Shown: piece by piece, positions 29,504 through 44,280 of the stretch
How the letters are laid out: each line of letters opens with the position of its first letter
Numbering within the stretch: position 1 is the first letter of the stretch
Source of the DNA: Eledone cirrhosa
Taxonomy: Eukaryota
Assembly: GCA_964016885.1 (NCBI GenBank)
Contig: OZ024741.1
Coordinates: forward strand, 55,056,001 to 55,120,000
Reading direction: 5' to 3'
Length of the DNA: 64,000 nt
The notes under the pieces: model-generated
Database searches by the model: none
Told to the model about the DNA's origin: nothing
What the model saw: the letters and a program-made list of their open reading frames with translations, nothing else
Made by a program: the position numbers and the translations under genes

Positions 29504-29846
29504 GTGCGTGTGTGTGTGTGTGTGTGTAAAGACCAGCCAAGCAAAGGCACATACTGACACATATATAAGTTATATATATATATATATATATAAAATAAAA
29601 TAAAATAAATAAGTCCAATGTTTAAAATTTGGCTTCGTTTATTATTTCGGTGACAGACATCTTTGGCTGTGACCTCTTCAGGCAGTCCGAATTAGTGTGG
29701 TAGAGACGAGTACACATGTTGTTGAGGTGTATGACTTTGTCAATACTCTGATATGCCCAGTTCCTGGTTGGGTTGTTATTTCACTGAGGAACTGGAATTA
29801 TATATGATCTGAGATGTGAGAAAAACCACAGACGCTCCATCTCAAC

Positions 29847-29888
29847 TCTACTTTTGAAAAGCAGAAGAACTGCGAAACCGGTAAAGGA
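29847..29888 (+). ncRNA. Minimal hammerhead with U3-A8 variant core
   Basis: ctt TTGAAAA gcag-aagaa-ctgc GAAA ccgg TA aag. Confidence 0.6.
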
Positions 29889-29955
29889 ACCAAATAAATA
29901 TATATATTTTTTTTTAAATAAGACTCCAGTTACATTTTCGATTTCATCTTTTTTT

Positions 29956-30028
<73 letters not shown>

Positions 30029-30460
30029 GATAGAACCAGTTTAAAACTAGTTACACCGTTACATAACAAACCACTCAATACTTGGTGTAGTTGAGTATGA
30101 CTATATTATAGAAAGTCGGGACCCAACGGCTGAGTTCTTGCCGTTGTAATACGTTTTATTATGGCTAAATAATGATTTCATTTATTGACCACAAGGGTCG
30201 AGTCTTGTTAGTGTGGTCTCGCCTATTTATCACAGGGTCATCAGACAAGAACGCTTTGTTTATATATTTTTTGTCACACGGTGTAATCACGCGAAACATC
30301 AGAGTAACAAGACTTACTATTTAGCCTTAATAAAATGAATATCAAAACTCTTCTTCGGTACTCTTTTCCCTCAACCGTCAAACACATGCGGATATATATA
30401 TATATATAGTGCCTGCTATATGGCAGCTACAACTTCGATTCATACCTAATATAATATTAC

Positions 30461-31397
30461 CCACTGTACCAATAGGAAATGTATTATATGTAAGGTGAAC
30501 CCCCGGATAAACGGTAAAACTAGAAACGTAGTCTATAGCATAAGATGTACAGAGGGTACTTGCAGAAACATGACAACAACATACATAGGTGAGACAGCTC
30601 GTAGCATAGGTGAAAGGATAGACCAACACTGGGGGGAACTAAAAGGACGAAAAAACGGGTCAGTACTATACGAACATGCTAGACAACAACATGAGGGTAA
30701 CATAGACAACATAGAAATTAGAATAATATCTAAACATAGGAATGACCCAGCAGATAGGCAAATCAGAGAGGCCAGTGAAATAGAAATTAGAAGACCAAAG
30801 CTAAACAGAAAGAATGAGTGGAACAACAACAACACCCAAACAAACAACACTGACCTAAGAGAAGTATAAATAAGTAAGTAAATAAAATAAAATAAAATAA
30901 AATAAAATAAATAAATACATACACAAGCACAATAACAACAAGCACATAAACACACACTAGCCACCCAGCAGACACAACACTATACACACTAGACACACAG
31001 CACACATAACACTATACACACACGCAAACGCATGCGCAAAGAAGACAAAATAAAATAAGATAAACAAACAAGCAAATAAATAAATAAATATATAGACAGA
31101 CTGAATAAAAAATGGCGTAGACATACAACACAACAGGAGGAACAAAGAATATAACACCACTGACGATGTTGCAGATGTGCAACGAAAGATTTATGTAAAT
31201 TATGTAAACTATATATATGTGTTTGTGTCTATATTGTATCTGTATTATTTTTGACCGTCGGTCAGTCAATGGCAACATTGAGGACCGAGTAAGTTAGATC
31301 GCAGATATAAAAGACAGCGAGAAGCGAAAACCAACCAAACAGTGAGTGTGTTCTGTTATTAATTCTGGCAATATTACGCAAATATGACCCTCCCCAA

Positions 31398-31398
<1 letters not shown>
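30461..31398 (+). mobile_element. Neptune-like PLE copy 2, 5'-truncated (GIY-YIG plus 3' UTR)
   Basis: Near-identical to 609-1545; ORF 30495-30869 encodes the GIY-YIG domain. Confidence 0.92.
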
Positions 31399-31432
<34 letters not shown>

Positions 31433-31464
31433 AAAATGTATGTCCCCGACTATTATATATATAT

Positions 31465-32320
31465 ATAAGTATGTATACGTACATACACATATGTATACAG
31501 ACGTACAGCAGTATGTATATATATACATACATGCACACATATATATATGTACGTATGGATTCACCGAACATTTATTATAATGCTCGGTGTATTTGTAAAC
31601 AAACATCCCAAATTAAGCCGTCGCTCATTTGTTCAACACTGACAAAGGAACGCTGTACTAGTTTCAAGCTTATTAGTTATCGTCAGCAACGTATACCTTC
31701 CTGCCAGATGATTGAACGTCTGAAAGTATATACTTTCCTTATGCATATTAACGGATGAGCAGCCTAATTTGCATATCGAGTGAGTTAATCGGCCGGGGTA
31801 CCGAAAACGATAAATGGAAAAAATGAAACAAAATTTCATTTCTCACTCTTAGTACGGCTGTTACTTAAATATAAGTATGTATACGTACATACATATGTGT
31901 ATACAGACGTACAGTAGTATGTATATATATATATACATACATGCACACATATATATATGTACGTATGGATTCACCGAACATCTATTATAATGCTCGGTGT
32001 GTTTGTAAACAAACATCCCGAATTAAGCCGTACAGTGTCTAGCAACCATCGTTGCTCATTTGTTCAACACTTACAAAGGAACGCTGTACTAGTTTCAAGC
32101 TTATTAGCTATCGTCAGCAACGTATACCTTCCTGCCAGATGATTGAATATCTGAAAGTATATACTTTCCTTATGCATATTAACGGCTGGGCAGCCTAATT
32201 TGCATATCGAGTGACTTAATCGGTCGGGGTGCCGAAAACGATAAACGTAAAAAATGAAACGAGCCGAAAAAAGTAACAGCCGTACTAAGAGTGAGAAATG
32301 AAATTTCGTTTCTTTTTTCC

Positions 32321-32325
<5 letters not shown>
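31465..32325 (-). mobile_element. Two-unit retrozyme-like repeat (diverged relative of the 48.3-53.6 kb array)
   Basis: Units 431 bp apart, with HHRs at 31650-31692 and 32081-32123 and octamer atttgcat. Terminal inverted fragment at 32271-32311. Confidence 0.85.
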
Positions 32326-32375
<50 letters not shown>

Positions 32376-32417
32376 CTAATCGTCGGGGACATACATTTTC
32401 ATATATATATATATATA

Positions 32418-32654
32418 TAGGAAATGTATGACCCCGACGGCAGAGCTTAAGCCGTTTCGACGGCTATTTCTGGCTTGAGCTCTGCTGTCGGAGTTAAACT
32501 TTTTCCTATTACACACTCTACTAAATAGCCGTCGAAGTGGCTTGAGCTCTGCCGTCGGTGTCATACATTTTCCTATTACCCTCTCTACTACCCTAAGTAT
32601 TGAGTACTCTGGTGCGTTATGGTCCATCTGGTTCCTTACCACAACTCCTTCGTT
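32418..32654 (+). mobile_element. Truncated inverted pLTR footprint carrying the 3' half of an HHR (family also at 38571-38758 and 38955-39110)
   Basis: Family consensus GAAA cggct-tgagctc-agccg TC gggg (intact at 38639-38666), inverted arms and a shared tail agtattgagtact...ttccttaccaca. Confidence 0.7.
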
Positions 32655-33740
<1,086 letters not shown>

Positions 33741-34158
33741 ACGCAATCCCCAGGCAAACCGACAAACCGATGAAGATTAATAAACCGACATTAAAACAGT
33801 TGTTCAATCTTGATGTCTTCTGAACCGTATATACCTCAAATACAATGTTGAACTACTACCATAGTTACGCTAAATAAATGACACACACGCCATCTTATAT
33901 TTATATATTACTCCTTCATTTTCTATCTAGTATTATTTGATTGGGTTTTTTCGCTTTTTCTTTGAGATGGGGTAATAATATGCTCTGCTCATCTGCTTAA
34001 TCTATCTTCTCTGAGAAAAAAGCTTATACTTATTTATTTGGTTTGTTCTGTTGTTGTTGTTACATTTTTATTGTTTTATTTTGGGGAGAGTTTCTTTTTT
34101 TAATATTTATCTGCTGACTATATGTGTTGTTTCATAATGCTAGTACTATAATACTAAT

Positions 34159-34340
34159 AATTGTTTCTACTTTTGGCACAAGGCCAGCAATTACCCCAGT
34201 GCTTTACTGGTACTTTATTTTATCGACCCCGCAAGGATGAAAGACAAAGTTAACCTCAGCGGGATTTGAACTCATAACGAATAAGGTCGTAACTGCCGCT
34301 AAACAGGGTGTCCGACGCTCTACCGTTACTGACAATCCAC
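34159..34340 (-). mobile_element. SINE A copy
   Basis: Reverse complement of the 10562-10746 body. Confidence 0.8.
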
Positions 34341-35724
34341 CATTATGGTGTTGGTACTGGTGTAAGTGCTGGTGTAGTCATTGGCTTAGGTGTTGGAGAG
34401 GGTGAAGGTGACGGTAGTGAGTTTATTATAGGTGTTACTGCTGATATTGGTGGTGGTGGTGGTGGTGGTACACGTGTTGGTGTTGTTGGTGGTACTAGTG
34501 ATGTAAGAGCTCTCAGTTTGGAGGAGAATAGGAAGCTGAGCTGGGGAAAAGGGACAATGGACTACAAAAAAGGGTAAAACAACAGTAGGTCTTGGATGAG
34601 AATCAAGGCTGCCAATACCACTGCATCATAGTTCTGAGCCCAGCCAGAACGGAAGAAATAATATTTTCTTTGTTTGTAAAAACATCAGGGGTTAAGAAAA
34701 AGACAGAAAATCAGGAAAACGAGGAAGGTTTCCCCTACAAAACACAGCAGGCCAACGACCATAATGATTAGTTCAACTCCACTTTCTTGGGTAGACGATA
34801 GGAAGGAAATGGAGGCTACCGAAGAGTGGCAAAAAAAGAATAAAATCACTCCCTTCCCCACTTTAGTAGGGCACCCGAAAACCAGACTGCCCCATCCAAG
34901 ACTGCATAAATTCAAATCCTGCGCATTGTTTCAGAATCTATCCGATATAAGTATCAGTTAAGCAATGGATGGATCTACTCGACAATTGCTCTTCTCCCAG
35001 ATGTCTGGCCTTGTGCCTGTGTTAAATAATATTATTAACGTTGGATTTGCAGTATTGGTAGAGCGTCAGACACCATGATTTGCAGCATAGAGTTATGGCC
35101 CTTTACGTCCCTAGTTAAAATCCCGTCGATTTAATTGACATTCCCCTCCCCCTTCAAATTGCTGGCCTTGTGTCTAAAGTAGAAACAATTATTACCATCA
35201 CCTAGTACACCAGCAACACGACGGCTATCAGCAGTAATCAGTCTCCAAATACACCCCAAGCTACAATTTTGTATCTACTTTATCCAAATTTTCTTAACAA
35301 CAATATCGTTTAAGATGCCCAACTGACCAATCATTGTAATCACAGTATACATGACTGCGAGTATGACTGGAGCGGGAAAATGCACAACAATTGACTCAAT
35401 CTTTTAACTCGGTAAGCAGTAATGGCTTTATCTTGATATTTTTACTTGTTTCAATACTTTGCTATGGACTAAGAGAGAGAAGCTAAACAAGGAGTAATAA
35501 AGTTATTGCCACTCGATCACGCCTTCTTTTTCTTTTTAACCAGGCCCATAATCTCGCCGTTCAACGTATGTTTACGGATGTTGTCGATTGATCATAATCA
35601 TATAGCTGAGATTATGAATTTTATTCTATAACCTACTCACACCAAAAAAAGCAACAAAGTCACTAAAATTCCGGGGGTTACTGAGAAGGAAAAGGGACAA
35701 AACAGAGAGAAGTCAATTCAAGGA

Positions 35725-36010
35725 AAGAGATATCGATTGATGTTGCTTTTGGCTTTTGAAATTTCGCAAATTTTAGTGGTCAGGAAAGCAAGAAGCCGAA
35801 AGATAATACCATGGCCGAGATATGCAAGGGAAGAAATTATCAGAATAGAGTTTACAATTACATTTCCGATCTTCGGCTATAAAAAGATGAGACCTAGCCG
35901 CCAATCTGGTTCCCCGTTTAAACTCGTGAAGTTTAGGCAACAAAGAGGAAAGCTTATCAGAACAATTCCTATAATGTGAGTGATATATTTTTGGCAGAGA
36001 TTCTACCCCA
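35725..36010 (-). pseudogene. CR1/Jockey-group LINE 3' remnant
   Basis: YHSHYRNCSDKLSSLLP...TRLAARSH...YSDNFFPCISRPWYYLSASCFP..*NLRNFKS matches the SFFPRT..LWN.LP..FP...FK C-terminus of these LINEs. Confidence 0.6.
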
Positions 36011-36092
36011 GATAATATCTCCTTCAAACTCGAAGTCAGAGATCGCCCAGATATCTCAGTGTGTATAATGTAACTATTATTTATTGTCCATA

Positions 36093-36277
36093 GGGCGGTG
36101 AATTGGCAGTATCGGTAGAGGGTTGGATTATGCTTTCCAGCATAGTTACGTCCCTTTACGATCTGAGTTCAATTCCCGCCGAGGTTAACTTTGCCTTTCA
36201 TCCTTACGGGGTCGATAAAATAAAGTACCAGTAATGTACTGGGATAATAGCTGGTCTTGTGCCAAAAAGTAGAAACA
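36093..36277 (+). mobile_element. SINE A, full length, 18-bp TSD
   Basis: attatttattgtccatag at 36076-36093 and 36278-36295. Confidence 0.9.
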
Positions 36278-36474
36278 ATTATTTATTGTCCATAGAAATC
36301 GAGTTTTCCCATAGCTTGGTGATTATATGACGCTATGGGCTTCCGCGGGGATTTAGTTTCACAAAACATAAATCAATTTGAAGCTATGTTAGGAGACACT
36401 CAAGGTACAACGAAGCGGCAAGTGAAACCATGTTCTTCCGAAACAGTTTTAAACCACATACAAATGTCTAGATC

Positions 36475-36545
36475 AGACATAGGCAACCTTTTCCGAGCAG
36501 TAGGCTGCGTTGGATATGACTCATCAAAATGCGGGCCGCACTACT
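36475..36545 (+). mobile_element. Possible hAT-Charlie terminus remnant
   Basis: gtctagat (nTCTAGAn-type target) followed by cagacataggcaac...gcgggccgca; the other end was not found. Confidence 0.3.
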
Positions 36546-36805
36546 AAAAGAATCCAAGATAATTTTCATTAAGCATGCCATTCAGAAAACCAAACTGGAT
36601 TCAATTCGCTCATGATTGGTCTAAACCCATGTATTCGTCGTCGTATACATTGTGTATTTTATTATTTATCCAAATTTATCATCAGCAGCAGACTTCATTA
36701 TAAGATGCTAACCAATTTACATTATTCCACTTAATTGATTGCTGGAAATATATATATATATATATATACATCATACATACATATATACACACACACAAAC
36801 GTATG

Positions 36806-36847
<42 letters not shown>

Positions 36848-37693
36848 TGTGTGTGTACATCTGAATATGCATGTATGTATGTATGTATTTATATGTATGC
36901 ATGTATGTATGTATATGTATTAGGTATGTATATGTATGTATTAAGTATGTATGTATATGTACGTATGTATGTATGTATGTATGTATGTATATGTATAACC
37001 TAATTATTTTTCGATTTCGTTTTTTTTTTCATTCCTATTGCCATATTTTTTCCAAATTTTAGTGGTACGTCCATTTGAAAATTTATAATTTCGCTTCTGT
37101 CATTGTAATTTATTTAATTCTACTATATTACCTTTCGATTTATATGCCACAGCAATCTTTATTTTAATAAGTCACATTTTTCTATAATTCTATAAAAATT
37201 ATGTATAAATTTTCCATTTGTTTCGTTTTGATTTTATTTTTTTCTGAATTTTTTAGTAAATTGGTATTTTTGTGTTACAGAAACAATAAATATTTTAATA
37301 ATACTTTTTACAGCTGCAGTTGTTGTAAATTTTATTTTCAATAATATTTTTCTGCTTAATTTTTGTTTTGCTTTATATAAAGATATTATCTTCCATCTCG
37401 TTTTACGATGATGTTAAATTTTGAAAACAAAAAAGTGTAAATCATTCTATCTCACTCCTTTCTTACATCACAATTTTTTATTAATATATTATTCACTGTC
37501 ATTCTTTCCCTATGCTTCATTACATTTACACACACACACACAAAGACACACACACACACACACACACATGTATATATATATATATATATATATTAACATA
37601 TATTATATATATATATGTATGTACATATACATATTTATATATATATACGCGTATATATATGTGTGTATGTGTATGAGTGTATATATATATGCA

Positions 37694-37772
<79 letters not shown>

Positions 37773-37817
37773 ATACATATATATATATTTGAATATATAT
37801 ATATTAATATATATATA

Positions 37818-37902
<85 letters not shown>

Positions 37903-37973
37903 TGTATATATTTTAAATATATATATCTATATTAATGAATATATAGAGAAATACACACAAACACGCACACATA

Positions 37974-38005
<32 letters not shown>

Positions 38006-38101
38006 TGTGTGAGTACGTATATACATATATATATATACATATATATACATATATATACATATATATACATATATATACATATATATACATACAATTAATA
38101 A

Positions 38102-38175
<74 letters not shown>

Positions 38176-38457
38176 CAGTGTGAGTGGGGCGAGATTATAG
38201 GTATATATATTTATACTTATGGATATGAACAAATTTGGAAACGTCAGAAGCAATGTAATAATAAATATAGTGAGTATTTTAATAAAATAAATTATGAGAA
38301 AACGGAAATGAAATGAAATATTATAGGTGTAATAAAGTATAGACAAGTTATCTCAACATAATCACGGCAAGATATCGTATAAAGATAGATTTATTGAAAA
38401 GAGAAAATAGGACAGGAAAATAATAAATATACATATATATATATATAATATACATAC

Positions 38458-38518
<61 letters not shown>

Positions 38519-38570
38519 ATGTTTAAGTCAGTAAATGATCATATATATGTGTGTGTACATATATATATAT

Positions 38571-39238
<668 letters not shown>

Positions 39239-39499
39239 GGGTGGAGTGTGTCTTATGTGGGTGGGTGTGCGTATGCGTTTATGAATATATATAAATACAC
39301 ACATATATATTCATATATAAGTCAATAAATATGTATATATACGTCTGTGTTTATGTATATATGAATTTACGTATGGATATGAATGTATGTATGTATGTAT
39401 GTATGTAAGTATGTATGTATGTAAGTAAGTATGTATGTATGTAAGTAAGTATGTATGTGTGCAAGTAAATATGTATGTATATGTATGAATGTATGTTTG

Positions 39500-40066
39500 T
39501 TGTTATCTCTTTCTCTTAATTTCGAGTATATTTTTTTGACCGGCCACCTTCCTGGTGGCAAGGTTGTAAAAGAAAAGAAATTGTCATCCCTTGAATCGCA
39601 AGAATGTTTTGCAAATTTTGAAGGTGCCAGCTATCGCAGCCATTTGTAGACTATGAATTAGGGAGCTGCGCTTTTTGTCCGCAAAACCAAGTTCAGTCAT
39701 ACTTTGGTCCAAGCGGGTTGGTATATAACCTGTAGCTCCAATAATGATGGGTATGAAGCTAAAGGTGTATTTCGGATACTGGATTTTTAAACTCCTCATC
39801 AATGGTCCATAGATGTCCTCCTTCTCCTGTATTTTTCTGAAAACGTTGACATCAAGTGGGCAGTTGATCTCCACAACAGAACACGTTTTCAATGTGTGGT
39901 CCCAAACAACAATATCAGGCCGGTTGTGCTTTAATTTGGTGGCAGTTTTTATTTTCAGGTTCCACCAGTATTCCTTAGTGCCATCTGTCTCAATATATTC
40001 TTCCTCGTTTGTTGTTAATTTTGTTTTCCGAAGTGCATTCCAGATGGTTCTAGCTATCCCATCGTG
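39500..40066 (-). pseudogene. R4/Dong-clade non-LTR retrotransposon 3' end (restriction-like endonuclease)
   Basis: Uninterrupted HDGIARTIW...WWN...HNRPDIVVWD...VVEINCP...EKEDIY.PL...IPIIIGATG...LQMAAIAGT..I; stop at 39584. Confidence 0.85.
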
Positions 40067-40087
40067 TTATGTATGTATGTATGTACA

Positions 40088-40508
40088 TCCAAAATCTCCG
40101 GGAGAGATGACCCCTTAGCCTTTGTCAAGGCAGAATTCTAGGAGAAGGAAAACTCTGATATAACACCTGCAACCCTGATGGTATCCAATGATGTTGACTT
40201 GTTCTTCTTTTTGGTAAATATCATCTTGGTTAAGAGCGTGGGACTGGCTTTGTGCAGTGCCTTTGCTCACTATAAAAGCTTCACGGCACAGGCATTGCTT
40301 TATATCTGGAGATCTCTCTGCACTTGTCGTCACATGGTACCATGGGCCCAGCACTATGTGTCAATAATTGTCACAGGTGTAGTGTTTGTACCAGAGTTTT
40401 CAAGTCGCTGGCTGGACTAAAAAGTCACACTCGTTCAGCGCATCGGTAGGGGTTCTTCTACATGGATATAAAGTAGTGGCCGTACTCGAAAACGAGTTGG
40501 CAGCCACC
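40088..40508 (+). mobile_element. Second copy of the 411-bp non-autonomous retroelement
   Basis: Reverse complement of 20528-20938; ATGT-type repeats on both sides. Confidence 0.75.
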
Positions 40509-40899
40509 ATGTACGTATGTATATATGTATATATGTTCTTCTGCTTTTATAATTTCACAAATTTTTTCCCAATAGAGAGAGAGTCGTTTTCTAACATAGA
40601 CACAAGACTCTCTCATTGGAATTTACACATCAACTAGCTTAAAGCTCACACTTAAAGCTTCCGAAAGACTGTAATTGATGTCCAAATGCGCTACCGTGTG
40701 ATGGTTAAACGCGGCTGTCCGGTATGTGGCAGATGCGTGGTTTGATTCTCGCTGAAGTTTCTGATCAGATTTGTCCGTTACTCGAGGTATTTTACTCCAC
40801 TCATCCAACTATTATTTATAGTTATTTGCATTATGACAAAATCCAAAAAAAAAAAGCAAACATATTTATAAATTCCAAATTTACCTACCAGTGTTTCGT

Positions 40900-41483
40900 A
40901 AATGAATGTGAGCGTGTGTGGGTGTGTGACTTTGTATGGGTAAGTGCATGTGTGTGAGTGAGTGCGTGTGTGAATATCTAAGTATGTATGTGTGACGATA
41001 CGTGGGTGTGTGAGTGTTTGTATGTGTGTGTGTGGGTACGTGTGTGTGTGTGAACGTATGTGTGTGAACGTGTGCGTGTGTGCCTGTATGTATGTGTGTG
41101 TGTGTTAACATGTGCGTGTGTGTATGTTTGTGTGAGTGAACGTATGTGTGTGAACGTGTGCGTGAGTGTGTGTGTGTGTGAACGTATGTGTGTGAACGTG
41201 TGCGTGTGTGTGTGTGTGTGTGTGTGAACGTGTGTGTGTGTGTGAATGTATGTGTGTGAACGTGTGGGTGTGAACGTATCTGTGTGAACGTGAGTGTGAA
41301 CGTATGTGTGTGAACGTGAGTGTGTGTGTGACCGTATGTGTGTGAACGTATGTGTATGAACGTGTGTGTGAACGTGTGTGTGTGTGTGTGTGTGTCTCTG
41401 TGTGTGTGCGTGAACGTGAGCGTGTGTGTGACCGTATGTGTGTTAACGTATGTGTATGAATGTGTGTGTGTGTGAACGTGTGT

Positions 41484-41517
<34 letters not shown>

Positions 41518-41530
41518 CTGAACGTGTGTA

Positions 41531-41575
<45 letters not shown>

Positions 41576-41685
41576 CCGTCTGTGTGTGACCATATGTGTG
41601 TGAACGTGAGTGTGTGTGTGTGACCGTAGGTGTGTGAACATGTGAGTGTTTGTGAGCGTATCTGTGTGAACGTATGCGTGCATGT
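40900..41685. repeat. (TG)n-based minisatellite with gaacgt/gaccgt units
   Basis: Directly visible. Confidence 0.9.
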
Positions 41686-41841
41686 CTTCTAAGTTCAGAA
41701 AATTCGATAGAAAAAAATATAATGAATTGGAATTCTAAAATATTTTCATCAAATATTCATGAATTATTTTTGCTTTCGTTCATTTGTTTTTCTCTGTTTG
41801 ATGACACTGGCCATGTCCGTTGTCCTAGACTTTAAGCTAAT

Positions 41842-41878
<37 letters not shown>

Positions 41879-41906
41879 ATAAGTATATGTATATATAGAG
41901 AGAGGG

Positions 41907-41979
<73 letters not shown>

Positions 41980-42023
41980 TATATATGTATATATGTATGT
42001 ACATATATCCAAGCATATGCTTT

Positions 42024-42078
<55 letters not shown>

Positions 42079-42099
42079 ATAATATATATATATATATTT

Positions 42100-42169
<70 letters not shown>

Positions 42170-42285
42170 ATATAAAAGCATTTATATGTACATATGTATA
42201 TATATATATATGTATAAATGTGTATATACATATATCATATATGCATATGCATGTATATGCATATATATATATACTGTATATATAC

Positions 42286-42338
<53 letters not shown>

Positions 42339-42350
42339 AGATTATGATAC

Positions 42351-42395
<45 letters not shown>

Positions 42396-42403
42396 AGATT
42401 ATG

Positions 42404-42441
<38 letters not shown>

Positions 42442-42728
42442 CGTCTTCATTTAGACGTTTATTATATTTTAATGATGCTCGTTTGATCTTCTGATCAGGA
42501 GAGACGGATGACCTTTGCTGAGGTCAGCACTTAACATTTGGTCAGGAGAACACACTGTCCAACGTTAATGTCAGTCTTACTCAACAGTGTGATGTTAACC
42601 TTGATGGCAATATAACCTTTTTATATATACGTGTGTGTGTGTGTGTGTGTGTGTGCTTGTGTGAGTGTGCCTGTGTGTATGTATGTATGTATATATATAT
42701 ATATATATATGTATATATAAATATATAC

Positions 42729-42827
<99 letters not shown>

Positions 42828-42978
42828 TATATAGACATATGTGTATATATATGTATATATAAATATATATATAAATATATAAATATAAATATATATATAT
42901 AAATGAAAGGTATAGAAAATATTGTAGCATAAACCCAATATACATATATATAAATATATATATATAAATATAAAAATA

Positions 42979-43094
<116 letters not shown>

Positions 43095-43527
43095 CTTCAT
43101 GTTTTAATTTGTTTTGCAGCATTTCTTATCTGAAAACGTGTGTTGAAACAGATATTGTTATACTTTGAGAGAGTCATGCTGCCAATAAAAGCACGTGCAC
43201 TATTTTACTTTCAATTCTGCTTTATTACTAGTTATAAGTTAGTCTGTCAAGTCTCTTTCGTCACACATTCTCTGTCCTCTTCAATCACTCCTTCTTTTCT
43301 GGGCCTACTCTTGTTTGCAGTCTCATTTTGTTAACGCCATCTTGTCTTTCAGGATATAAACAAAAGAAGACCAGAATAAATAATCATTGAGGAGATCATA
43401 GAACGTCAAATAGTGTGTGTTTTTGTTGACAAAATTGGCAACGTGACTATCATCTAATGTCACAAACTTCTAGGTAGTGTTATCTGTCCTTCTGAGACTA
43501 CTTTTCTCTCTCTCTCTTTCTCTCTGA

Positions 43528-43572
<45 letters not shown>

Positions 43573-43575
<3 letters not shown>

Positions 43576-44280
43576 CGGATATATAGGGATGAGTGACGGA
43601 TAAAAAATAATAGGGATGATTGTCGGATTAAACATAATAGGGATCAGTGCCAGATTAACGCCACTAGAGATCAGTGCCGGATTTAAAATAATGGGGATGG
43701 GTGCCAGATTAAGAATAACAGGGATGAGTGCCGGACTAAAAATAATAAGTATGTGTGTCGGATTAAAGGCACTAAAGATCAGTGCCGCATTATAAATAAT
43801 AGGGATGAATGCTGGATTAAAATAATAGAGATGAGTTTCCGTATTAAACACATTAGGGACGAGTGCCGGATTAAAAATAATAGGGATTAATGCCGGATTA
43901 AACATACTAGGTATCAATGCCGGATTAAAAATAATAGGGATGAGTGCTATATTAAACATATTAGGGATGAGTGCCGGATTAAAAAATAATAGGGATGAGT
44001 GCCGGGTAAAACATACTAGGGATCAGTGCCGAATTAAAAATAATACGGAATACCCAATTAAAATTAAGAGAGATGAGTGCCGGATTAAAATTAATAGGGA
44101 TGAGGGCCGGATTGAAATTAAAAGGGATGAGTGCCGGATTGAAAAGAGTACAGATGGGTGCCGGATTAAAGATACCAGAGATCAGTACCGGATTAAAGGT
44201 GCTTGGGATCAGTGCCGGATTAAAAATAATAGGGAAGAGTGTCGGATTAAACATGCTAGGGTTCAGTGCTGGATTAAAGA
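43573..44280. repeat. ~27-bp minisatellite (agggatgagtgccggattaaaaataat)n
   Basis: About 25 diverged units with a constant gatNagtgccggattaa core. Confidence 0.9.

Noticed and set aside
29645-29685. HHR on the minus strand (CTGAAGA, stem II, GAAA); similar partial cores at 1849-1885, 16579 and 23179
   Set aside because: No convincing stem I, stem III or cleavage triplet; at best decayed remnants.
31160-31190. Complete HHR in the Neptune-like 3' UTR (CTGACGA-hairpin-GAAA)
   Set aside because: Core and stem II are present, but I could not pair stems I and III. The core is mutated in copy 1.
34500-34990. Solo LTR
   Set aside because: No second copy, TSD or clear TG...CA boundaries.
43573-44280. 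CRISPR-like repeat/spacer appearance
   Set aside because: Linkers are only ~7-8 nt and related to each other, repeats are degenerate, there are no cas genes, and the context is eukaryotic.
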